Source: an uncultured Gemmatimonadales bacterium (lineage in GTDB: Bacteria; Gemmatimonadota; Gemmatimonadetes; Gemmatimonadales; Gemmatimonadaceae). Taken from it: 64,000 nt of DNA. Location of the stretch: the NCBI GenBank assembly GCA_963701965.1, contig OY969695.1:1536001-1600000 (forward strand), read 5' to 3'. The notes below the pieces were generated by a model. It saw nothing but the letters and a program-made list of their open reading frames with translations. It did not search any database and was not told where the DNA came from. Position numbers and translations under genes: made by a program. Shown here in pieces: positions 38,939-47,200 of this stretch; position 1 is the stretch's first letter, and each line of letters starts with the position of its first letter.

Positions 38939-39466
38939 TCAAGCCCCCCGAAAGCTCATGTGCACGACGTATCGGCCAGCCTGGACTTCGCCGGGTCCGA
39001 GTTTCCACGCCTCCTTCGCCTTCTCGTTCAAACATTGATCCACCCGCGCGCCCGCGTCCTTCGCCGACCACGTGGAGTTGGCGACCTTGGCGTCCGTCAC
39101 ACCCGCCGCACCGACCGTCACCAGAATGGCCACCCCGCCATGCAACGAGGGGTCGAGCTTCTCCCCGTACTCCTCGAAACAGAAACGGGAAAACCCCGAC
39201 TCGCGATTCACCGAAGCCATGAGTGGCGGCGGCGCCGCCGCGTACTCGGCCTCGGCCTTGGCCGGTCGCGGTGGCGGCGGCGTGAACGTGTCGGGCGCGG
39301 CCGGCGGCAACGCGGTCTTAACCTGTGAAAGATCGACGGGGGTCGTATCGATCGCCTCCCTGACCGCCGCCGCCGGCTTGGCTGACGACTCGTGCCCGCC
39401 ACAACCGCACACGGCCGCGCCCGCTCCCGCGATCGCTACCGTGGCGAGGATCGCCAAAACCCTCAT
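38939..39466 (-). CDS. Putative lipoprotein with Pro-rich linker and AgmX/PglI-type (TonB-C-like) C-terminal domain
   Basis: Hydrophobic signal ending in CGC, PPPPRP linker. RFCFEEYG..DPSLHG.V..STWS..C..AK..W aligns by eye with the C-terminus of 41343-42245. Confidence 0.7.
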   Translation of the reverse strand: MRVLAILATVAIAGAGAAVCGCGGHESSAKPAAAVREAIDTTPVDLSQVKTALPPAAPDTFTPPPPRPAKAEAEYAAAPPPLMASVNRESGFSRFCFEEYGEKLDPSLHGGVAILVTVGAAGVTDAKVANSTWSAKDAGARVDQCLNEKAKEAWKLGPGEVQAGRYVVHMSFRGA

Positions 39467-40179
39467 TCCTCGTAGGTGTCGAGATAGCCGATCAGGCGCT
39501 CGAGTCCAGCCAGATACCCGGACAGCACGTCGGTCGCTTCCCGACCGGCGAGCCGCGCCGACGATCGCACATGATGAATGGCGCGCAGAAATGGCTCGGC
39601 GTCGAGCCGCACCCGCGACGCGACGGCGCGCACCAATGCGTCGTTCTCGGCCGGCGGCGTGGCGCCGTGCAGGCGCTCCATGGCCCGAAACACGACCATG
39701 ACCTGACTGACGCTGTCGGCCAACACGTCGTGATGGGCCTCGCCGCCGACGGTCAGCAACCGGCGGCGCAAGCGCTGCAACGTCGACCGGGCCTGATGCT
39801 CGAGTTGGAGCCGCAAGCTGGCGGCGCTGACAACGACGCCCGCCACCGGCGACTCGCCGGCCAGGACGCGGTGGCGCGCCTGAATGTCCGCGTACTCCAT
39901 GGGAAAGGCGTCGGCCCCGGTCCGCCATTCGTCGAGCGTCATGATCTGGGGCGGAGGGTGCCCCGCCTTCCCCCAACCGCGCAGCGCGGCTTCGGTGGCG
40001 CGCAACCGGTCGAGGGGAACGGCATCCACGAGCACGAGCACGTTATAGTCGGACCGGCCGGCGATATGCTCGCCACCGGCGCCCGAGCCGTACAAGACCA
40101 CGGCCTTGAGCCCGCGCTCCCATACGCGCTCGAGCTGCTGGACCAGGTCGGTGAGCGCCGCGTCAACGTTCGGGGGCAC
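39463..40179 (-). CDS. Nucleotidyltransferase-fold protein
   Basis: VVLYGS..SDYNVLVL, DAFPMEY, helical C-terminal domain. GTG start chosen 8 bp after the TPM stop. Confidence 0.75.
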   Translation of the reverse strand: MPPNVDAALTDLVQQLERVWERGLKAVVLYGSGAGGEHIAGRSDYNVLVLVDAVPLDRLRATEAALRGWGKAGHPPPQIMTLDEWRTGADAFPMEYADIQARHRVLAGESPVAGVVVSAASLRLQLEHQARSTLQRLRRRLLTVGGEAHHDVLADSVSQVMVVFRAMERLHGATPPAENDALVRAVASRVRLDAEPFLRAIHHVRSSARLAGREATDVLSGYLAGLERLIGYLDTYEE

Positions 40180-40187
40180 GCCGAATC

Positions 40188-41021
40188 TTACCAGCTCGAA
40201 CCGCCGCCGCCACCGCCAAACCCGCCGCCGCCGCCAAATCCGCCAAACCCGCCGCCGCCCCCGCCAGCGCCCCAGCCCCCACCACCCCCGCCCCAACCGC
40301 CGCCGCCACCACCACCGCCGAAGAAGATGGGGATGGGAATGCAGCCGCAGCCGCGCCCGCCGGCCATCGCCCGCAGGATCAAAAAGATCACGACGAACCC
40401 GATCAACAGCAGAACGGGCGAGATACCGGAAGGACGAGACCCGCCGCGGTCCGGGGACTCGGGCGGCGCCACGGCCAGCGACGTATCCAGCTCGAAGTGG
40501 AATTCGTCGGCGAAACGTTGCGCGGTTTGCGCGGTGACGAGCGTGAGCCCGGAGGAGTAGTCCTGTTGGCGAAAATAGGGCGTCGCGGCCCGGCAGATGT
40601 CGCCGGCGTCAGCGTCCGTGATGAAGCCTTCGGCGCCGCTCCCGGTCGCCACGAAGCAATGCCCGCGCCCGTCGCCGCTCGTCTCCTTCGGCACGAGCAA
40701 GATCACGGCGCCCGCGTTGCGCGTCGGGTCCCCAGGGTTCCCGATCTTCCCCACTTTCCACTGCCGGCCGATCTCCAACGACACCTGGGCGGGATCGCGG
40801 TCGCCGATATCGGGCAACGTCACGACCGCGATCTCGCCCCGGGACTTGGCGCGCACGTCGGCGGCGATCCGCTCGATCTTGGCCGATGCGTCCGGCGACA
40901 AGACGTGGGCGAAGTCGTTGACCAGGCCCACCGGCTGAGGAATCGTCAGTTGCGCGTGCGCCGGCGCCGCAATCGCAATAGCACGCACCAAGGCGAGCGC
41001 GACAGCCCCTCGGGCGATCAC
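40188..41021 (-). CDS. TPM-domain (YgcG-like) protein with Gly-rich tail
   Basis: VNDFAHVL, EIAVVT, WKVG, G.GAEGFITD, TM helix, GGFGGFGGGGGFGGGGGGSSW. Start is uncertain. Confidence 0.9.
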   Translation of the reverse strand: MIARGAVALALVRAIAIAAPAHAQLTIPQPVGLVNDFAHVLSPDASAKIERIAADVRAKSRGEIAVVTLPDIGDRDPAQVSLEIGRQWKVGKIGNPGDPTRNAGAVILLVPKETSGDGRGHCFVATGSGAEGFITDADAGDICRAATPYFRQQDYSSGLTLVTAQTAQRFADEFHFELDTSLAVAPPESPDRGGSRPSGISPVLLLIGFVVIFLILRAMAGGRGCGCIPIPIFFGGGGGGGGWGGGGGGWGAGGGGGGFGGFGGGGGFGGGGGGSSW

Positions 41022-41034
41022 ATTACGCCCCACT

Positions 41035-41373
41035 ATGCGTGTCGCGGCCACACTGATCGCGGCGATGATGATTGCGTGCTCCGGCAAAGGGGCCAGGGAT
41101 GCATCGCCTGAAAAGCTACCCGAAAGCTCGGGGCCGGCGCGACCGCCCGCCCCACCCGTAACCGATTCTCTTGCCCGGCTCGAGGGCGTCTTTCAGCAGG
41201 AACGCGCCGCGATCAACGCCGAGGCTGCCGCCCTCGACTCGGCGCCTGCCGCCGCGCGATTCGCCGCCGCGTACGCGGCGCGATTCGACTCGCTCCGCGC
41301 GCGCACGATCCGCGCCGAGTCTTTGCGGGCGCGGCTCAAACGCTATCGTGTGAAGTTGAAGGAAAACTCGTAG
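41035..41373 (+). CDS. Hypothetical lipoprotein
   Basis: Lipobox MIAC, Pro-rich linker, amphipathic helices. Confidence 0.55.
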   Translation: MRVAATLIAAMMIACSGKGARDASPEKLPESSGPARPPAPPVTDSLARLEGVFQQERAAINAEAAALDSAPAAARFAAAYAARFDSLRARTIRAESLRARLKRYRVKLKENS

Positions 41374-42245
41374 GTCCCGGTCCCGGTCGTGGACGCGGGA
41401 AACCGCCAGCTCTTGGCGCGCTGCACAATGCAGGATTCGGTGGCATCGACGCCCGCGCCGCTCCACGTGCGGCCGGTGATCATCGCGTCGGACACGCCGC
41501 CCGGGCCGGTGAGCGTCAGTGCCACGGTGACGCTGCCCGCCAACGCGGGGTTGGCCGCAAGCCCATACTCGTCATAGCAGAACCGGAGCTGCGACTGGTG
41601 GTCGCGCACCTGCGTGCCGAGCTGGCCGACATCGCGGCCCGGCCCCGCGCCCGGTGCGTCAATGACCCGCGGCGCCGAGATCTTCACGGCCTGCACGCCA
41701 AACCGCCCGGTGCCACCCCCCTGCACGGCGCCGATCGACCCGGCGCCACCAGCGCCGAGTGTATCGCGGCCGGGCGTACGCGACCCTTGGCCGCCCTGGC
41801 CATAGGCCAACACCGCCTTGCCACCGGTCGCCGCGCCCACCGGCGCCGCGTTCGACGCCACGGCCACGCCGCGCAGCACGTTGGACACATCGCCCACCGG
41901 ACCACTCGCGGGCGCCGCGCCAAATGCCCCGGCGATGGCCGCGCTATTGTCCGGCCGCGCTGCCGCGGCGGCGGGTTTCCGCGCGGTTGGCTTGGCCACG
42001 GTTGGCGTGGGCGGAGGCGCGACCTCGGGTTTTGGCGGGGCCGGCGTCTCCTCGAATGTGACGGCGATCGGCAGGTCCTGCGCCGGCAGCAGATGCGTGG
42101 TCTCCGTGCGCGGCCCAAAGATCACCAGCAGCACCCAGGCGATCCCAAAGGCCGCCGACAGCGAGGACGAGGCGCGGAGTGCCCGTTCCTCATTTCCGGC
42201 CAGCTCGTGACGCAGGTTCCGCGTGAGGCTGATCTCTCCGCTCAT
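41343..42245 (-). CDS. GltG-like TonB-type energy transducer (AgmX/PglI C-terminal domain)
   Basis: Single TM, Pro-rich then Gly-rich linker, LRFCYDE..NPALAGSVTV..ESCIV..KSWRFP..FSFNF. Confidence 0.85.
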   Translation of the reverse strand: MSGEISLTRNLRHELAGNEERALRASSSLSAAFGIAWVLLVIFGPRTETTHLLPAQDLPIAVTFEETPAPPKPEVAPPPTPTVAKPTARKPAAAAARPDNSAAIAGAFGAAPASGPVGDVSNVLRGVAVASNAAPVGAATGGKAVLAYGQGGQGSRTPGRDTLGAGGAGSIGAVQGGGTGRFGVQAVKISAPRVIDAPGAGPGRDVGQLGTQVRDHQSQLRFCYDEYGLAANPALAGSVTVALTLTGPGGVSDAMITGRTWSGAGVDATESCIVQRAKSWRFPASTTGTGTYEFSFNFTR

Positions 42246-42766
42246 ACGCGCTTTACCTGCAGCGAGATATTCTTGAACCCCGCCAAGCGCGCCGTCTGCA
42301 TGAGCCGCGACAGCAGGTCGTAGCGCATGGTCTTATCGCCTTGGATGGCCAGCGGCTGATCGACCGGCGCGCTGGCCGGCGTGCCCCGGTGCGCCCGGAT
42401 CGAATCGGCGCGCGCCTTGAGCGCCACGTACAGCGGCGGAATGAGCAGCGGCTCTCCGGGGACGTCCGACGCCGCCTGCGCCGCGTCGATGGTCCGCATG
42501 ATGGGCGTATTGGCCAGCGTGACCTGCGCCCCCACACCCAGCGTGAGTTGTTGCAGCGCACTGGCGCCGACGCGCGACTCGGGCAGCGTGACGCCGGGCA
42601 CTACGGGCGAGAGCTCGCCGACCAGGGCCGTCGTCAGGGCGAAGAAGACGATGGACACGAGGGTGTCGACGAGCGGCACGAGATTGAGCTGCACCATACG
42701 GAACTTGGCGAACTGCGCGCTGCGCCGCGCTTCCCGCAGCTGGCGGGCCCGGCTTCGCGAGGCCAT
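42242..42766 (-). CDS. ExbD/TolR-family protein (AglS-like)
   Basis: LNLVPLVD TM with conserved Asp, LPES, IQGDK.MRY, TAR.AGF.NISL. Confidence 0.9.
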   Translation of the reverse strand: MASRSRARQLREARRSAQFAKFRMVQLNLVPLVDTLVSIVFFALTTALVGELSPVVPGVTLPESRVGASALQQLTLGVGAQVTLANTPIMRTIDAAQAASDVPGEPLLIPPLYVALKARADSIRAHRGTPASAPVDQPLAIQGDKTMRYDLLSRLMQTARLAGFKNISLQVKRV

Positions 42767-43269
42767 CAGCGGGCGCGGGTGCCGAGCGCGACGTTGGGAA
42801 ACCGCGCCATCTTGAGCCGCTCCAGCACGTGGACCACGTGGTCATAGTCGACGTCGTCCGCGGGCAGCACGAGCACGTCGCCGTTTTGGGGATACCGGCG
42901 CCGGATATCAGTCATCAACGCCTGCAGCGTATCCAGCGATGGCAGTCCGAGACCGGCGATCTCCCGGCGAAAACCGCCGGCGCCGGAGTGCTCGACGACG
43001 AGACGATCGTTGGACACGCGCACGGCGAGCAACAGGTTGAGCGCGGTCTTGTCCGGCGCCGGGGCCTGCGGGGCATTGATGACGACGGGTGGCAGGCTGA
43101 GATCGTACGACGTCAGCAGCGAGACGAGTCCCTGATAGCTGACGAGGCTGAAGAACACGATCGAGGTGAGGACGTCGACCAAGGGCACGAGATTGATACT
43201 GCCATGCCCCAGCGACCCCTGGCTCAATTCCCGGCGGCGAACTCTCGCTCTATGAAATCGACTGGCCAT
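42766..43269 (-). CDS. ExbD/TolR-family protein (AglQ-like)
   Basis: INLVPLVD TM with conserved Asp, DVDYDHVVHVLE, FPNVAL. Confidence 0.9.
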   Translation of the reverse strand: MASRFHRARVRRRELSQGSLGHGSINLVPLVDVLTSIVFFSLVSYQGLVSLLTSYDLSLPPVVINAPQAPAPDKTALNLLLAVRVSNDRLVVEHSGAGGFRREIAGLGLPSLDTLQALMTDIRRRYPQNGDVLVLPADDVDYDHVVHVLERLKMARFPNVALGTRAR

Positions 43270-43891
43270 GCACGGTCAAAGCGCTGATCAACCGCACCGA
43301 AAACTCGTCGACTTGCTCGATGAGCTGCTCGGCCTGCGCCGAGAGATACGAATGCACGACGGTGAGCGGGATCGCGGTCAGGAGGCCGAATCCGGTCGCG
43401 TTGAGCGCGATCGCAATGCCCGCGGCCAATGTCTCCGACCGCTCGGCCGCCGACGCCAGCGACACGGAGGCGAAGGCGTGCTGCAACCCGAAGATCGTCC
43501 CGAAGAGACCGATGAGCGTCGCCACGTTGGCCAGCATCGGGAGATACTGCAGGCGGCGGGTGAGATGCGGGATCACCGAGAGCGACGCCGCGTCGGCGAC
43601 GTTCTGCAGCTCGCTCTCGTCGCGGCTGGGCGACCGCAGCAAGAGCAGGCCGATCGCGGGCAGCGTGGCCGCGGACTGGGCGCACAACCGCGCCGCTTCG
43701 TCGATCCGTCCCGCCCTGACTAATGACATGATCCGGTCGGTGAACACCGAGCCGCTCACGCCGCCGCGGGCCCGGTGGACGATCACGTACAGGCGCTCGA
43801 TCAAGATCGCCAGGCCGGCCAGCGCCACGGCCAGGATCGCGTACATGACCGGTCCGCCGTTCCGAAACCATTCCAACACACTGCGCAACAT
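43250..43891 (-). CDS. MotA/TolQ/ExbB proton channel (AglR-like)
   Basis: GGPVMY, IERL, ANVATLIGLFGTIFGL, LAAGIAIALNATGFGL..AIP. Confidence 0.93.
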   Translation of the reverse strand: MLRSVLEWFRNGGPVMYAILAVALAGLAILIERLYVIVHRARGGVSGSVFTDRIMSLVRAGRIDEAARLCAQSAATLPAIGLLLLRSPSRDESELQNVADAASLSVIPHLTRRLQYLPMLANVATLIGLFGTIFGLQHAFASVSLASAAERSETLAAGIAIALNATGFGLLTAIPLTVVHSYLSAQAEQLIEQVDEFSVRLISALTVHGQSIS

Positions 43892-43893
43892 GC

Positions 43894-44205
43894 CTATTCC
43901 CTCGGGACGTGAGGCGCGACGGTGGTGTCCGGCGCCACGTCCGGTGGACGATGCGGCGTCTCGCTCAGCAACGGCGGAGCCACGCGGTACGGCGAACGCA
44001 TGGCGTCGGCGAAATGCCGGTCGTACAACGCCGGCACCAGCACGTCCCGCGGATACTCGGGCACGGCCCGCGGACGCACGGTGACGACCTGCGGCGTCGG
44101 CACCTGCCCGCGGATCTCGACCGTCGGCGCTTGGGCCGCCGCTGGGCGGCTGGCGATGACGCACGCGGCGGCCGTGACTGCCGCCAAGAGTGTCTCGAGT
44201 CTCAC
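43894..44205 (-). CDS. Small secreted protein, GltF/CglF-like
   Basis: GTGA overlap with the TPR gene stop, signal peptide (AAA/Q), TVEIRGQVPTPQVVTVRPR..L..RHF pattern. Position between TPR and TolQ genes. Confidence 0.6.
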   Translation of the reverse strand: MRLETLLAAVTAAACVIASRPAAAQAPTVEIRGQVPTPQVVTVRPRAVPEYPRDVLVPALYDRHFADAMRSPYRVAPPLLSETPHRPPDVAPDTTVAPHVPRE

Positions 44206-47200
44206 TTGATCTCTGTATCCAAAGGCGGCCGCGCCGGCACGGTGCCTTGCGTGCCCTGCCGCGCGAGGTCGACCCATCCGTTGACGATGCCGTCCGGCGC
44301 CGCTTTGTCCACGAGCGCCTGCCACGTCTGCCGTGCCTGCGTATAGTAGCCTTGGGCCTGCTGCGCGGCGCCGCGCATCGCGGCATCGCGCTCGCTGTCG
44401 CTCAATCCCGCGGGCAGCGAGACGTGCGCCAGAAAATCGCCATACACCCATTGCGCGTAGCCGACATAGAATGACCCCGCGGCGAGATACCGGGGGTCGC
44501 CGGAGCGAATGGCCTTGGTGAACGTGCGCGCCACCGCCGCCAACATCTCCTGCTTGCGCGCCGAGGCCCGGCGCACACCCGCCGCGGTCAGCTCGGCGCG
44601 GGTCGGGATGACCAGCGCCACGTCCTTGTACTTCTGGAAGAGCGCCACCCCTTCGTCGAACGCCCGCCGCCCGGCCCGCGCCGCGCAGTCGCCTCTCAAC
44701 TCCGGCGGCGGCGCGACAGCATCACACAACGGATCGAGCGCGACGCGGGCGGCCGCGGTGTCGCCGGTCGCGCGCAGCAGGCGCACGCGCGCGACGCGCA
44801 CGCGGCCGATCCGCGGATCGCGCGGGAATCGCTGGGCGAACGTGCCGTACGCCTTGGCGCCGGCCACGGTATCACCGGCCTCGAGATAGGTCACGCCGGC
44901 ATTGTACTGGGCGTCGGCGGCCCGCTTATCCGCGGGATAGTCGGCCGCAAACTGCTCGTAGACCGCGGCCGCCTCGCGCCGCCGGCGCAGCGAGTCGAGT
45001 CGCACCGCGAGCTTGATCTCGGCGTCCGCGCGGCCGCGCCAACCGGGATTGTCGGCCACGACCGCGCGCAACACGGCGATCGACTGGTCGCTCTGCCGCG
45101 TCTCCAAGAGGAGATCGCTGTACAGCATCTGGTACTGCAGCCGATAGCGATACTGGGGATACTCGGTCACGAGGCGCTGGGCCAACGCCGCGGCCCGCGG
45201 CCGGTACGATGTGTCGGCCAGCAAGTACGTCTCGATCGCGTTCCGCAGCGCGTCGGCCGCCTGCTCCGTCCCGGGCGACCGGTCGGCGATCGGCACGTAC
45301 ACATCGCGCACGGCCTGATCGTACGCGCCGCGCTTGACCAACGAGTCGGCGTACGCGGTCGCGGCGCTGTGCTGCACGCCGGCGATCGAATCGGCGAATG
45401 CCGCCCGGCCCGTGGCCCGGGCCACGACCGCCGCCGAATCCCATTGCCGCTGCGCGTCCGGGTACCGCCCCTGTTTGTACAAAGCGTCGCCCACCTGCTT
45501 TGCGGCAGTGGCCGCGTAGGGATCGGTCGGGTACAGCGTGGCGTACCGCCGGAAGGTCTCGGCCTCGACGTCCCATTGTCCGCCATCCGCGGCCCGCCGC
45601 CCCTTGGCGATCAGCGCCTTGCGCGCGATGTCGGTGCGGGGATAGCGGTCGGCATAGCGATCGAGCGCCGAGAACAGCGAATCCTGGACGGCCCGGTCGG
45701 CTTTGTCGTGGGCGGTCACCGAGTCCCAGGCCACGATCGCGTTCTGCGCGGCCTGGGCATTCCGCGGATCCGTACTGTCCGATGGAAAATCGAACGCCGC
45801 ACGCCCATAGGCCGTGGCTGCTCCGCGATAGTCCTTGGCGCCGAACAGCGCGTCCGCGTAATGAATGTCCATGATCCGCGCGCTGTCGGCCTGGCCGTAG
45901 TCGGCCATGTACACCCGGTACAGTGACGCGGCAGAGTCATAGTGCGCCCGCTGATCAGGCGACGACTGGGCTTTAGCCAGCTGGAATTGCGCGCTCTGTC
46001 GGAGCGCGGCCTCGCGCGTGGCCGCTGCCTCTTTGGCGTACGTGGGATTCGCCGCGGTCCACAGCGCCCCGGGGGCGAATTTCTGCACCAGCGACAGGCG
46101 CGCGGCTTGGGCCTTCTCCGGCTCCAGCGTGTGGTTCTGGTAGAGATCGACGATGGCACGCGATGTCCCCAGCGCCGACGAATCGTCCGGGGCCGCGCTC
46201 AGCAGCTCCTGGTACGCGGCGACCGCCTTCGGGAAGTCGCCCTGGTCGCGCAGGCGCACGGCGATCTGGCGCAGCACGGGCACCTGCAGCCGCGCGCGGT
46301 CGGCCCGCGCGGCGAAGAACCGGTCGGCTGCCGCCGCCCCTCCGATCTGCGCGAAGGACACCGCCATGTACCCCAGCGCCTCTCCCCGCAGGCCTAAGCG
46401 CTGCTGGCGCTCGGGCGGCAAGGCGTCGTAGGCATCGACGAGGCGGCCGAATACATCGACGGCCTGGTTGTACCCGCCCGGGTCCTGCGCCGTCGCCGTG
46501 TTGTAGTGCGCCCAACCGAGCTTGTAGAGCGACAGAAAGTAGACGTCGCCGTCCTTGGGCGCGGCGTCGACCGCCCCTTCATAGGCGGTGATGGCCTTCC
46601 GGAGCGACGCCAGCCGGGGATCGCCGCGTTGGCCAGCGGCCATCTCGAACTGGGCGTCGCCGAGTCGGAAGAGCGCTTCCGGGCGCTGGGGCGCCTGGGG
46701 ATGCGCGGCGACCAGCTCGAACCTCGGGATCGCATTGGCATAGCGGTGCGCGAACGAGTAGAGCGTGCCCAGGGTGTACGCGGCGCCGGCGATCTCGGGA
46801 AACGTGGGGTAGCGCTTGACGAGCTCCTCGTAGCGCGCCACGGGCTCCGCGTAGTCGGGATGGGCCGACCCGGCGCTGTCGCCGCGCTGCGTGGCCGCGA
46901 ACCGGTCGTCGGCGCGACGGGTCAGGAGCTCGCCGAGCTCGTAGAGCGCGCCCGGGCGCAACGGGCTCTCGGGATAGCGCGCCAACGCCAATGTCAGCGC
47001 CGCGATCGCCGTATCGGGATTCCCGCGACTGGCATCCGCATACCGGAAGAACGCGGCGCTCGCGGCGCCAAACTCGGCCGCCATGAGGTCGCGGCGCCGA
47101 TCGGCAGCGAGGGCCGCGACGCGCGCCGCGAGCGCGCGGTCGACGATGGGCACGAGCCGCGCCACGGCGGCGTCGCGCCGGGACTGCGCCGCGGTGAGCG

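Noticed and set aside
39463..40179. Nucleotidyltransferase as a CBASS cyclase or toxin-antitoxin defence gene
   Set aside because: It is short, lacks DxD, has no effector or HEPN neighbour, and sits in a lemA/TPM context.
40200..40320. ccgccg-rich repetitive tract
   Set aside because: It encodes the ordinary Gly-rich tail of the TPM protein.
41343..43891. Interpretation as Tol-Pal or flagellar MotAB
   Set aside because: No tolB or pal, no OmpA-like MotB domain and no flagellar genes. Two ExbD paralogues plus an AgmX/PglI domain fit the Agl-Glt type better.
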